Shown here piece by piece: positions 1 through 12,686 of a stretch of 64,000 nt of DNA; position 1 is the first letter of the stretch, and each line of letters begins with the position of its first letter. The notes beneath the pieces are model-generated. The model was not told the DNA's origin. It worked only from the letters and a program-made list of their open reading frames with translations, and searched no databases. Location: contig NC_087250.1 in assembly GCF_037042905.1 (NCBI RefSeq), positions 5,210,001 through 5,274,000 of the forward strand, read 5' to 3'. Made by a program: the position numbers and the translations under genes. The stretch is from Lytechinus pictus. Its lineage: Eukaryota.

Positions 1-45
1 AACTCTTCAAGAAACGGGGCCCCTGTTCAGATTGGCTGATCTTAC

Positions 46-199
46 CAGATACTCCAATTTTTTTCCGAAGAGAGCGTCCTTTAGCGTGGAGCCTTCGATG
101 AGCTCAAGAATAAGATCGAAGCATAAATATTCGGTTCGGTTTCCTTGTTTAAACTTCGAGTATGCATACAGCATAACAATGTTGGGATGTTTGACCAGT
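46..199 (-). CDS. Protein kinase internal exon (subdomains IV-V: LVKHPNIVMLYAY...LILELIEGSTLKDALF)
   Basis: Acceptor TTTTTTTGCAG| before 199 and donor CTG|GTAAGA after 46 on the minus strand. HPNIV and LxLExxxGxxL kinase motifs are present. Splices in frame (GC|A = Ala) to the exon at 7040-7217. The gene continues left of the window. Confidence 0.85.
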
Positions 200-3121
200 C
201 TGCAAAAAAAGAAATGAAAACGCAAATCAGATGGATTCTCTTTCGCAGGCATATGACTAAAAACGCTGATAACTTAGCGCGAGACGCGACTGTTAAATAA
301 ATGCCAACTATTTCATTTCATTTCGTTTATTTCTATTTTCCATTATTACAGTTTTGTACATTTTGACATACAAATAACAAAACATGTTTCAAGTATCCCT
401 GTACAAAAATTATATTCAAGATATCTTGTATTGTTTTTTTACAGATGTGAAATAAATGAATTTGAATTTGAATAAACATATCAGGTTGGAAATGGAGGAG
501 GCTGCTAAAAAGCGGAGCTTGTAGAGTGCAGCCTCCTAATGAATATTTTTGTAGTTACATAGCATGTAAAAATCAAAATAACAACTTGAGCATACCAGTT
601 GAATTAAAAAGAAATAGGAGGAAATTAAAGTAGAAAAGGAAAAAAGAAAAAGAGAGATTAAAGGTCTCCAGAATCCAGCCCCAGTACTCGCAGACGGACC
701 TCGCTGATCAACAGGAAAACGAAAGAGATGGAAAAGTGTACGTCACATGATATTCATGTTTCATTAAAAAAAATACAAGAGTTTGAGTAATAAAGAGTTA
801 ATTCAATGGTTATCTTGGAGAAACTTTTTGAACTTCTATTTGAAAGAATTTAGGCTTTGTGATTCTTTGATGTTATTATTAATAGTTCCCCAGAGTCTAG
901 GGCCTTCAAAAGTAAAAATAGATTTTGCAAGGATGGTCCGGGGTAGTGGTAAATGGAATTCATCTGATTGACGTGTGGGATATTTGTGAAGAGTTTAGTT
1001 TTTGTTAAATGAAGAATTAAATATGGGTGGTAACATGTTATTTTTTAATTGATACATGAATTGACCTAAGTTAAATTGGTACAGTGTTTTTATTTTTAGA
1101 ATGTTATTATTGAAAAACAAGTGATCTGTGTGGGATCTCCAGGACAAGTTGAAAATAACACGCAACGCCTTCTTTTGTAAAAGCAATATTCTATCTAGGT
1201 AGGTCGAGTGTGTATTTCCCCAAACAATTGCTCCATTAGATATGGTAAAATTAACGTTGAATAAAGCATTTTTAGGGAGGAAGTTGGAAGAAAAAACTTA
1301 ACTTTGTTGATAACACCAATATTGCGTGAAATTGTACAACATATAAAGTCATTGTATGTTTTCCAAGATAAGTTGATGTCTATTATGAGACCTAATTTTT
1401 TTGTTGCAGTAACAATTTCAATGTATATATTGTCTAGTTTGATATTAAATGGCATTTGTTCTAAAGAATTGCTAAAAAGCATGCATTTGTTTTTTTGTAC
1501 ATTAGTTGACAATTTGTTAGCCCTAATCCATTGTACCAACTTATCCAGTTCAGTGTTCAGTACATTAATTAAAATATCGGGGTTAGGATGAGAGTAGAGT
1601 ACATTTGAATTATCTGCAAAAAGGACACGACATGATACTTCAGTTAACATCTTGTAGAGAAGAATTTTGTTAATTTATGCTTGCGAATTTGTTTACGATT
1701 TGCGAGGTAGTTTCTGAACCACTCCAAGACCTTCCCACGAACTCCGTAATTTTCAAGTTTGTAAAGAAGTATTTCATGATTTACAGTGTCAAAGGCCTTG
1801 GAGAGGTCCAGAAAAACACCTATTGTATGTTCGAAGTTGTCAATAGCTTTTTGTGATTTTGTCAATAAATGAGAGAGTGGCATGAGATGTACTATATTTT
1901 TGGCGAAATCCTAATTGAAAATCAGAAATTATAGTATATTTATTCAAATAATTTAATAATCTTGTATAGATCACCCTTTCCATAAATTTTAGACAAAGTA
2001 TGCAATAAAGCTATCGGTCTATAGTTACATACATTAATCTTTTCTCCTTTTTTGTGCACTGGTATCATCTTTGATATTTTCATATTGTCAGGCACGACGC
2101 CATTACTTAAAGAAAGGTTAAATATGTATACTAATGGATCAACAATATATTCTATAACATTTTTAATAAAAATATTGTCAATACCATCGTGACCACATCT
2201 TTTGTGTTTAAGTTGTTCACTTTATCTACTGGTACTAAAAATAAAGAATTAGGGTTTGGTTGGTATATGAAATATGTAAATTTCGTTTGTGTTACTGGTA
2301 TATTGTCTGCAAAACTGTTTCCAATTTGTGTAAAGTATTGATTAAATATATCAGCTATACGAAGAGAATCATGAATTTCAACATTATTGTGCTTTACTGT
2401 TTTTATGCTTTGTTTATTTATGGCAGTGTTTATGGTTTTCCATTTTTTATTGATGTCGTGTTTGAAACGAATTAATTGATTCGTGAAATATTTTTGTTTT
2501 TCACTCCGCAATAATTTAGTGAGGGTATTTTTATATGTAGTATATTTACGATGTGACTTTTCTGAGCGATTAATTTTATCGGCATAGTATAAGTTGTTTT
2601 TGCGATTTATTGATCGTAATATTGATTTCGATATCCAAGGAAGTCCTTGACTCTTTTTATAATTATTACATTTACTTACCAACGGTACATGTCTATCTAA
2701 ATGTGAAGTAATTTTTTTCATGAATAAATTACATGCTGTCTTTGTATCTTGAGAACAGAACGCTTCAGACCAATCCGCATCTTCAAGACCATCTTTTAGG
2801 CTCTGTAAATTATTTGGTGTTAGTCGTCGGAATTTATGTTGCGGGGTATTTTTTTTTTGCTTACCTAAACGGAGTTCTTGAAAATATCGGGAAATGGTCA
2901 GAAATATCAGATAAAATTATTCCAGACTCGGGTAAAGGAGAAACATTACAGAAAATATTATCAATAAGGATTGCAGATTGGTCAGTAACCCTAGTGGGTT
3001 TTGTTATCAATGGTAAAAAGGATGATGAAAGCATGATATAAAAAAATTCATGTGACCTATTGTGATTAGATTTAGATATGTCTATATTAAAGTCACATAC
3101 TACATAACAATCTTTATTATA

Positions 3122-4232
3122 AACAAGGCAAAAGCGATTTGTGTCTCGCCCACTTATGAAAATAACTAGAAATATCGTGATTTGCGAGGGCACGCCGCAG
3201 AATTATATCGAAACTTCATTGTGAAATGACTGGGATGGAATAACACTTGTCATAAGAGCCTTGCACGTTAACTCTAATGTTGACAAGAAAAAGACCTTTG
3301 ACCTTACCATGTGACCTCCGACTGCAGCCTAACATGCAGGTCCCCCAAGTCCATCTAGTGTCCAAGTTTGGTTGAAAAGTGACTTACGGTTGCGGAGCTA
3401 GGTGTCATAAGAGAGTCTTGCATGTAAACTTTAACGTTGACCTGAAAATGACCTTCACCTTACCATGTGACCTCCGACTGCAGCATAACATGCACGGTCC
3501 CCAAGTCCATCTACCATACAAGTTTGATTGAAAAGTGACTTACGGTTGCGGAGTTAGGTGTCATAAGAGAGTCTTGCATGTAAACTTTAACGTTGACCTG
3601 AAAATGACCTTGACCTTACCATGTGACCACCGACTGCAGCATAACATGCAGGTCCCCAAGTCCATACCATCCAAGTTTGGTTGAAAAGTGACTTACGGTT
3701 GCGGAGCTAGGTGTCATAAGAGAGTCTTGCATGTCAACTTTAACGTTGACCTAAAAATGACCTTGACCTTACCATGTGACCACCGACTGCAGCATAACAT
3801 GCAGGTCCCCAAGTCCATACCATCCAAGTTTGGTTGAAAAGTGACTTACGGTTGCGGAGCTAGGTGTCATAAGAGAGTCTTGCATGTAAACTTTAACGTT
3901 GACCTGAAAATGACCTTGACCTTACCATGTGACCTCCGACTGCAGCATAACATGCAGGTCCCCCAGGCCATCTACCATCCAAGTTTGGTTGAAAAGTGAC
4001 TGACGGTTGCGGAGTAAGGTGTCATAAGAGAGTCTTGCATGTAAACTTTAACGTTGACCTGAAATGACCTTTCACCCTACCATGTGACCTCCGACTGCAG
4101 CATAACATACAGGTCCCCCAGTTTGGTTGAAAAGAGACTTACGGTTGTGGAGTTATGTGTCATTAGGTTTGTGACGGACGGACGACATTTGGATCCCTAA
4201 GTCTCGCCTTCACCTCTGGTGGCCGAGACAAA
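3122..4232 (+). mobile_element. Helentron/HINE-like non-autonomous element carrying a ~155-bp tandem array
   Basis: 5' GTCTCGCC motif (3143), about 6 copies of a ~155-bp unit, a (CGGA)n microsatellite, and a 3' GTCTCGCC...GGCCGAGAC hairpin followed by an A-run. The LINE endonuclease frame rejoins approximately across it. Confidence 0.7.
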
Positions 4233-4417
4233 AAACGGATTTGTAGAAAATCTTGCAAGTATTCAAAAAAGTAATTTGTGTTGGAGTTAGGAGGTCTATA
4301 ATATACTGCGATCATTATGTTATTTAGAGTTTGGTATCCGAATTTCAATGATATGAGATTCAGCAATTTCATTCATACAATTAAGATCATTGTTAGTAAA
4401 ATATTTTAGTTCATTAA

Positions 4418-4970
4418 AGGGATGGTCCGGGCTAAAAATATTTATATCTTAATACATAAAGTAGAATTAACTGAGCAAAATGCCGAAAATTTCATCAAAA
4501 TCGGATAACAAATAATAAAGTTATTAAAGTTTAAAGTTTACCAATCGTTAGGTGGGCTGATGATGTCACATCTCCACTTTCCGTTTTCTTATGTTATTAC
4601 ATAAAATCATATTTTTTTTCATTATTTCATACTTGTGTGAATAATATGTCTCCCTTATAATGAAATAAGTTGCAGCAATAAATATCTAATGCATTAAATC
4701 AGTTGCCAATCCAATGTTTCTAGTTCTTGGGGGAACATTTTGAATAAACCTAATTTCATATAATAAAATACAAAAGAACAAGTGGGAATGTGACATCATC
4801 AGCACACCTAATGAACATTCATGACGACTGTTTTCACAAAATACTGCTAAACTTTAAAATTCAATAAATTTGTTATTTGTTATCCGATTTTGATGATATT
4901 TTCGGCATTTTGCTCAGTGAGTTCTACTCTATTTATTAAGCTATAAATACTTTCAACCCAGACCACCCCT
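4418..4970. mobile_element. Kolobok-like MITE with TTAA TSD
   Basis: TTAA|AGGGATGGTCCGGG ... CCCAGACCACCCCT|TTAA with a long internal palindrome. Removing it restores the LINE frame GISINELKYF. Confidence 0.85.
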
Positions 4971-5753
4971 TTAATAGAGATACCTACCCCTCCTCCCCGT
5001 CTATTACCCCTGCGGTTTTCTATGAACGTATAACCAGGAAGTGAGTATAAACCATCAGATTCCCGAGATAACCATGGCTCGGTTAACGCAATTATAGACA
5101 TTTTGATTTGTGAAGATGAATCGGTTAAAAGGCGTAAATTGTCGAAATTACTGCTCAAGCTCCTTATATTCATGTGCATTATTGAAAGTGTATTTGCTGA
5201 TTTATCAAGAGAATTAAATTGATTTATTGTAAAATAATTCGAACTTGGATAATAATTGTCGTTATTATCATTTATATCTGCAGCTAAATACATCTCATTT
5301 GATACGATATTTTCAAAAAAAGAATTGTAATTAATATTTTGGGTTTCGTTGTTCGGCCTCAACAAATTGTAAAACTCATCATCATTCAACATTGAAAAGG
5401 AGTAATTTTTAATCACTGGGAATTGAAAGAGAAAAACACGTAATGCAAAAAATCGCTTCCTGTAGAGACCGATGAGACCGCGTGCTCGTGAGTGTCAGCG
5501 AGGCAAGGATCTGGGGAGAAGAATAATTGGGTAAAAAAAAAAATGGTTAAACACATTCCTATGAAAAAAGAGATCACAAACACGTAAAAGTCATCAGGTA
5601 AACATTGGCAATTAAATACGATGTTAATTGCATCGTAAATATGTTGTACTTAATAAGCATAAAAGAATTGGCTGAGCTCCCGTGAATAAAACAAGCTGGG
5701 AAACCTTCCCTATAGAGTAAGATAAGGGATGACACAAACTCAAATTATTAATA

Positions 5754-6261
5754 CCCCCTTTACACCAGATGAAGTTTCCGCTACGTTCTTGAAGTTCAGA
5801 AGCAAACCAACGTGGCGCCAGCATGCACCCATTACACCGGAGGAAGTTCCCGCTACGTCCTTGAAATTCCGAAAAAATTGCAGGGACGTAGCGATAACTT
5901 TCTTGTTTTCAAAAAATATGAAATCGTCCCGAGCATGCTACGTCTGCGCTACGTCCTTGATACGTTCATGGTGCGTTAGTGGTGTTCTTTCCCTGTCCGC
6001 TACGTCTATGTTACGTCGATGGAGCTTTTAGTACGCGATAAGAAGGTCCTTAAGTGCGTCAGTACTACGCACTGCTCAGACGGCGCTCCCGCTACGTGGA
6101 CTTTGGACATGTTCACAGTCACGTGCAGTCATGCAGACTATGCCACGTCAATAACAGTTCTCGCTACGCTCTCAGTACGCTGCAGCAGTTCCCACTGCGT
6201 CATGGCCATTTTTCTTTGACGTAGCGAAAACTGCATGGACGTAGCGTTGGTGTAATGGGGG
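5754..6261. mobile_element. MITE with CCCCC(T/A)TTACACCA TIRs, flanked by TA
   Basis: TA|CCCCCTTTACACCA ... TGGTGTAATGGGGG|TA, with internal repeated CTACGT/ACGTAG motifs. Confidence 0.65.
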
Positions 6262-7039
6262 TAAGGGCATGCTTCCCAGAAAACTGAATGAAGGTGAAAA
6301 GTCATTCGAATGGAGTGGCGGTGTTCGTATATTTTAAAAAAACTTGTACTATCACACCTGGTATACAAATTGTTTGGCTTGTTCGAAATAGCTGTGAATT
6401 GATGAATAAAAAGAATGATCGTCTGAGATCCAGATAATGTTCACACTGAATATCATAAAGTATAGTTGATCTGTCTAAACCATAAATTAACTAAAGCTAT
6501 CTTTTTTTAAAATATAATTATAGAACGGTTAGTGCTTTTACATAACTACGTCCTACGTCTTCAGTGAACAGAGTAGTTAAACCTCTACATGACGAATTAC
6601 AAAGTTCTTTCCTCTTTTGTCCTTATGATTAATAATGAATATTTTTTATTTTTCTTCTTCAAAACAACAGAAAGAAAATTTTGCAGTCAAGAATAAGTCT
6701 TTGTGAACAATGTACAAGCATGGCATTAAAATGTACGCAAGGGTTCTATTGACAAGATTGTCATTGAATCCAAAATTCGAAAATAAATCCGGAATGGCCA
6801 GTTTACTGGATATATTAGAATTCATCAAGGTCACGTCGCTGGTTTGTTTGCTCTTTATAATCAAAGGAGTTACAATAATACATTCCTTTTTTATTCCAAA
6901 ATAAACCGTGAAATTATAAAAAAAAAGTCCCACCAGCACCTAGTATACAAAATATTTATCTTGCTCATGTGTATACATTTCCGGTGATTAATTTATGAGA
7001 TGCAAATATTTTCAGTCCCTTTAAATACGACAAACTTAC

Positions 7040-7217
7040 GCATTTATCTTGATCTCCTTTACCAGATCCAATGCAATCTTATCTTCAACACACTTTACCC
7101 GTTTTACGGCCACCTTTCTGCCATTCCAATTTCCCTCGTACACCTCCCCGTATCCTCCAGAAGAAATCAGGTCTAAGGTTGATACTTCGTACTCGGATTT
7201 ACCAATTTCTTCGATTT
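7040..7217 (-). CDS. Protein kinase exon (subdomains I-III, TKL-like: LISSGGYGEVYEGNWNGRKVAVKRV...KEIKINA)
   Basis: Gly-rich loop, VAVK lysine and alphaC Glu are present. Acceptor TCATCTTTTTCAG| (phase 1) and donor GC|GTAAGT (phase 2) match the exon at 46-199. Confidence 0.85.
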
Positions 7218-7519
7218 CTGAAAAAGATGATTTAGAAATGTACACAAATTTTGTTAGATAATATTTCATACACAATATACAGCATATGGGTTGTTGCGTC
7301 TAGCCAAATGTGGAAAATAATTATCACAGTCTCCCTTGCATAACAAAAGAACTGTATCCAAAGCTCATTGTGAAATGTGAAATCAATAATTTTTATGCTA
7401 CTCCATTTCCTTATCCGCTTTCCACCGTTCTCCAACCAGGGCTAAAATAATGTCCGATTTTAAAAGATAAATTCTGTTTCAAGGACACATGTAAAAAGTA
7501 CTTAGTATAAGTGTACGAA

Positions 7520-7900
7520 TCATACATGAGCCGCGGTTCAGACCATAGCAGAGCAGCGCTGGGCCGCCAAAGCTTCCCCGTGCGCGCCTGCAGCTAGAGT
7601 CGAGCTCAAAGACCTTATAATATATTACTAGACCAAAAGCTGCGTGCGCGTTCAGCACAAAACAAATGAGATTAGGCTCCGCCTACCGCGATCATTTGAA
7701 GACAAAAATAAGCCCTCATTGACATTCATGAGCATGAAGATATTCATAATCCGGCCTTTTCATTGGCTAAGAGCGTCATTAATACGCGATTTCCCCGATT
7801 CTTTGTCATCGATACTAGTGGTATCGTGTTACAGAATTAATTATTCATTTGACCTCATTACGTCATCTAATTTATTCATTCTGAAACTTTTCTTTCCACA
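7520..7900. promoter_or_regulatory. CpG-enriched promoter-like segment with an inverted CCAAT box
   Basis: Local CpG/GC enrichment in an AT-rich background and ATTGG at ~7763. It lies directly upstream of the exon-1 candidate at 7907. Confidence 0.4.
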
Positions 7901-7906
7901 CACAAA

Positions 7907-9960
7907 ATGGACCTACGAACACTCCGGTGAGTACGTATTAATTGATATAACCACATGAATTCAGTGGACTATTTACACATTTCACACTGTATTTTGTGAT
8001 CTTAGGTTATTTGTTTAACAAATTAGAGAGTTTGCTATTAATCTTCTGTTAAAAGAAAGCAGAATTTGGTCTTTGAAATTGAAGTTAGATTGTCATCGTC
8101 GCCCAGTGCAGCCTGTATGTTGCTTGCAGTGTTGTGGTTATGCCGTTATGCCGCTGTGTTAACCACATGTATTTTGTACGGGCTCCTAGCCGGCTGGGAA
8201 TCGAGAGATAATCGGGCTGGTTTGGTTCACCTCCAACAATAAGGACCAACCCACGATTGATTAAAACAAGAAGAATGAGGCTTCTTTTTGTACACTGTAA
8301 CGTTAGATCTAGAGGGAGATCTGCATCTATCTTCAGTAGATCGAGACTCAGTCAGGAATAAACTGTGAAGCGGAGTATGGATGAAGATACGCCTGTCATT
8401 ATGTCAATCCTCACTTTGTTTCAGATATCAAATTTATTTTGCATAACTTCAGGCTTCTGCATTTAGCCCCCACCCATTTTAACTCTATTGTTATTTATAA
8501 ATATAGTTAGACTCGGTCTTAGAAATAACATGCTGCTCTGCATGTTTGTCTTATTATCAATAGATCTGGGGCCTAGATCTTCTTAATCCTAGGCCCTACT
8601 TACTTTATACTTAGATCTAACGTTAGGCTACTTTTATTACTTTTATTTATTCATCGATGCTATCAAGACAAGAGCTAGGCCTACCTAATTCAAATCTAGT
8701 CTAACTTATACTTTCCCAACCCTCGGCCTCGACACTTACTCCCAGGGCTTATGATCTAGGTCTGTAATTTAGGCCTAGATCTAGGTCTGGGCCTAAACGA
8801 CTCCATTTACATGTACGAGTATGACTGTCAGTGGACCAAGGACTAGATCTAGATCTATAATGGCAATGAAGTCTTAGCCAGGAATAAAAGTCAGAGTCAG
8901 ACATCAAAAATTTCTTAACCGATATAGGGTCTAGATCTCGGTTTAGAACCGAAGCTTTACTTTCTAGGTCTAGATAGATCGAGAGTCCATCGTTAGTCTA
9001 GATCTAGACCTAATTTAGATAGGACCTACATGAATGCTGTCGCACAGCACTGAGTCTTGTTGGACTAGATCTGGACTAAATAGATCTAGACCTAGTGCAT
9101 GAGATTATGAAATTATGTTAAAATCAAATGAAATAAGATTCGGAAATAAAAAGATCCAGATTTTTTTTTTAATTTTTTTTTTTTTTGGGGGGGGGGGCAG
9201 ACATGTGAAAAATTTTAGAGAAACCTAAAATTCAGAAAGCGAGGGCCAGAAGCGACCAATACTACCTAGGGCCGTTTTGTGCATTTTCTAAAGTAAAATT
9301 GAAGGATGTCATGCAATTCTCTTTTTGATGAAGGTTTCACATTTCAGCTCTTACCCAAACCCCTCCCCCTATACATACGGCCATGAAAAAGATCACTTCT
9401 TATTATTGTTCTCTTTTCTTTCACAAACAGGTTGAGTTTGAAGAACAAGAAAAACAGTAGAGGTCTACCTATATGGTTCAAGATGATGATCATAAGTGCA
9501 TGCATCATTTTGCCGATTCTCATCCAGGTATAAAACTTAAACTAACCCATACAAAATTACAGATACATTACATGCATTGAATGTTAACCATGTTTACATT
9601 AAATAAAAATTATCCGAGCCACAAAGAGGTAGGATCTGTAATGAATATAGACACTTCTTAAATATACAGGCTCTCGAGTCTAAAATAGAACCAATGCCAA
9701 AAGTTATGTACCTTGGGCAAATTTATAAAATACCGGTAAGGTCATGTCCTTGATCTACTAGTAATTAAATGGCCTTTTTATTTCCTATTTGTTTTAAACA
9801 AAGCAATATCTATTTTCCATATTTTACAAAAATGTATTTTATTCATTCTTTAGTGTGATATTCATATTTCATATTTGTAGATTTACGATTTTTTCTAAAT
9901 CTTGTTATTTTACATTTTGTCCAATAGGATGATGCAGTTTTACAATTTCCATGGAGGTGA
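7907..9960 (+). CDS. Candidate spliced small ORF, 49 aa (exons 7907-7926, 9431-9527, 9928-9960)
   Basis: CAAAATGG start context. Splice sites CG|GTGAGT, ACAG|G, CAG|GTATAA and AATAG|GAT. The frame stays open across three exons: MDLRTLRLSLKNKKNSRGLPIWFKMMIISACIILPILIQDDAVLQFPWR. A further donor lies after 10047 and an acceptor before 10508. Confidence 0.4.
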
Positions 9961-11873
9961 TTGATGATGATAAATAATTGGTGAAGTAGGCCTAATAGAA
10001 CAGCGACTAGACCACAAAGAGAAATACAACCTACAGCAGTTATATGAGTGAGTTAATTAGTGAATATTGTTAATAATGGAGGTTGTTCACATTTTTTCGG
10101 CAACAAATAGACCTGCCTTTGAAAAACCCATTTCAATTTTGTTTTTAGATTATAGTTAGTGTCGTTTTTAATCACAGATCAAAATATTCTGTGCAACAAA
10201 ACATATCAACTTTAATTCTGACTATTTATATAATTTACATATGTTGATTCATATATTCATATTTATGAGAAATCTCTGACATTTTTTCATAGAGTACATG
10301 TAGTTATAACGGAGAGTGGTATGTAAACTGCATAGAACAGGTTTAAGTGATATGCTTTATAGAAGTACAAGTTTATAATAAGTAGAAGTAAGATTTCCTG
10401 TTATGTGTTGAAGAAACATATATATGTATAGTCTCACTTGTTTTATAATTCACGACAATTTTAATTTAAATTCATTGATTTTCTTTCTCTATTTTTTCAA
10501 TCTGCAGGACTGGTGTAACAGATGTTTTCATTCAAGAAATCCAACAAATCAAGAGTCTGACTTAGGAACCACTTGATGAAGATGGAAAAGGTTTTTTTTT
10601 TCCAAGTCCAATTTAAAAAAAAAAAAAAATTCTTGTTGATTTTCATTAAAACTGGTTGCAAAAGGAGAAGCTATAAACATACAAATAGGAGCGGCGGAGT
10701 GAAGTTGAAAGTGGGGGGGGGGGGGGGGGGGGCATAGGGAAAATGCTGTATTACGTGAAATTTTTAAGAAGTTGCAAATTTTTGACATTTTTAAAAAGAA
10801 AATCTAAAATATTCATAATGATATATTTCACCTTTTTCTTTCCTTTTCTCTTTTTTTTTCTTGGTCGTGATTTTTTTATTTTTTTATTTATTTATTTTTT
10901 TTTTTTTTTTGGGGGGGGCAAGAGTCCTTCAAGCCCCCCCCCCCTCCATCCGTACAAACCTGCTTATATACCCCCACTCATGAATTATTAAACTTAATGC
11001 ACAAAGGATTTCCTTCATAAGTATATTATCGAAATGAGAATATTGTTTTCTTGTTTCAAAGGGCAATCGTCATGGTGTCCATAAAACGGGTCCTTCTCAG
11101 GTGAAAGGGGCACAGAACAAGTTCTTTAGGAGCACTTTTCTTGGGTAAAAAGGGGCAGTGATTCGAGAAAGGGCACTTACAAGAAGGCGAGGGGGCACTC
11201 TCTAACACATGAAACGGGCTCTCAGATGAAAGGGCACAGAACACGTTCCAGGGGGGGGGGGCATTTTGGGGTTAAAAAATTGCATACAAGGAAGAGCACT
11301 TGGTAACACCTAAAACAGGTTCTCGTCAGGTGAAAGGGACACAGTACACGTTCGTGAGGGGGCATTTTTCTTGCATAAAAAGGCACTTTTCAGTACTTAA
11401 AGAAGTAGGGGGAACTGTGCCCCCCCCCCCTCCCCAGGATCGCTGCCCCAGCATACAAAAAAATATTCTTTTGGTTCAAAGTATTAACATATATGCTTAA
11501 GAAAAAGGTAAAGCTTAATCCTCTGATAATGTGATATTTTTTTATGGCTAATTAATAAAATTCATCCCTAACCAGAGAATTCCTTTATGTCTTTCATTTG
11601 TGTTCATATAGTATTTGTACAGAGCTAAAATGAAAGGGATTTCGAATTTGCGAAATTCAAAATGAGATGAAGATCGAAAGAGGGAAAGAGTGATGAGAAG
11701 TGGATTGAAAAGAGATGAGAAAGAAATGGAAGGGCACATATGAAGAGATAATTTAGAGGGGGTGGTAAGAGAGCTAGAATGTGGGAAGTAGGAACAAAAG
11801 GGGTGGAAGAGAAATAAGACGAGATTTATGGAAACCAGGAGACAGATAACAAGTGGGAAAAAAAGAAGGAAAT

Positions 11874-12686
11874 ATATGAAGAGTTTAGTTGCAAAAGGGG
11901 TTAGGGTCACTTTGGACCATTCCGAGAAAAACCATGTTTTTATTCTCACTTATTGCAATATTCTTATGAGAAACTAAATTGTCATGATGTACTACTCTAT
12001 CATGTGAACATAAAATTAGGTATAAAAGAAATCTACCTGTCTTCAATTTTTTCTATATACTTAAAAAAAATATCATTGTGTACCTAACCCCTTTTGCAAG
12101 TAAATTGAAGTGAATCCAATCTCTTTTGATTAAAAAAGTGATTTTTTTTTTGCCACTTCCATTCACGTTTTCATTTGAATTTCAAATTTTCTTTGGTATC
12201 ATCAGAGTGACTGAAAATTTAGAGGTTTAGAGACAGAAAACAATAAAATATATGAAAAATGGACCTAACCCCTTTTGACAAATGAGTTCTTCAGAAAAGT
12301 TTAGTTGCAAAAGGGGTTAGGTCCACTCCAAGAAAATAATTATTTTTTAATTCTACCATATTGCAATATTCTTATGCGAAACTGAATTTTCATGGTACCC
12401 TACCATGAGAACATAAAATTGGGTATAAAAGATATTTACTTGTCTTCATATTTTTTAAGATATTATTTTCCAAAAAAAAAACCTTTTGCAACTAAACTGA
12501 AATGGACCTAACCCCTTTTGAAAAAAAGGTGATTTTTCTTTGCCATATTAGTTCACTTTTTAATAGGAATTTCAACTTTTCTATGGTATCATCTTATATA
12601 GCTACTAAAAATCTATACATTAAGACATAAAAATCAAGTTTGATGAAAAATGGACCTAACCCCTTTTGAAAATGTGCTCTACATAT
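11874..12686. mobile_element. Head-to-tail dimer of a ~400-bp MITE
   Basis: Two related units (~11876-12293, ~12294-12684), each opening with AGTTTAGTTGCAAAAGGGGTTAGG and closing with GGACCTAACCCCTTTTGA. Confidence 0.7.

Larger units (their letters stand above)
310..5420 (-). mobile_element. Decayed CR1/L2-type LINE (APE endonuclease + RT) in the kinase intron, interrupted by two insertions
   Basis: Fragments HMNIRSL, IIALTEPWL, GGGVG, YRPPN, CDFNID, ITKPTRVT, SDISDHFPIF, LPWISK, VFLDLSKAFDTVNH, LFADNSN and LQKKALRVI. Many stops and frameshifts, and the PQGS segment appears to be missing. The 3' end has AATAAA plus a (GAAAT)n-like tail near 310-335. Confidence 0.9.

Noticed and set aside
5729..6368. 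GC-rich ORFs near 5.7-6.4 kb
   Set aside because: They lie within a TIR-bounded MITE made of repeated CTACGT motifs and show no protein motifs.
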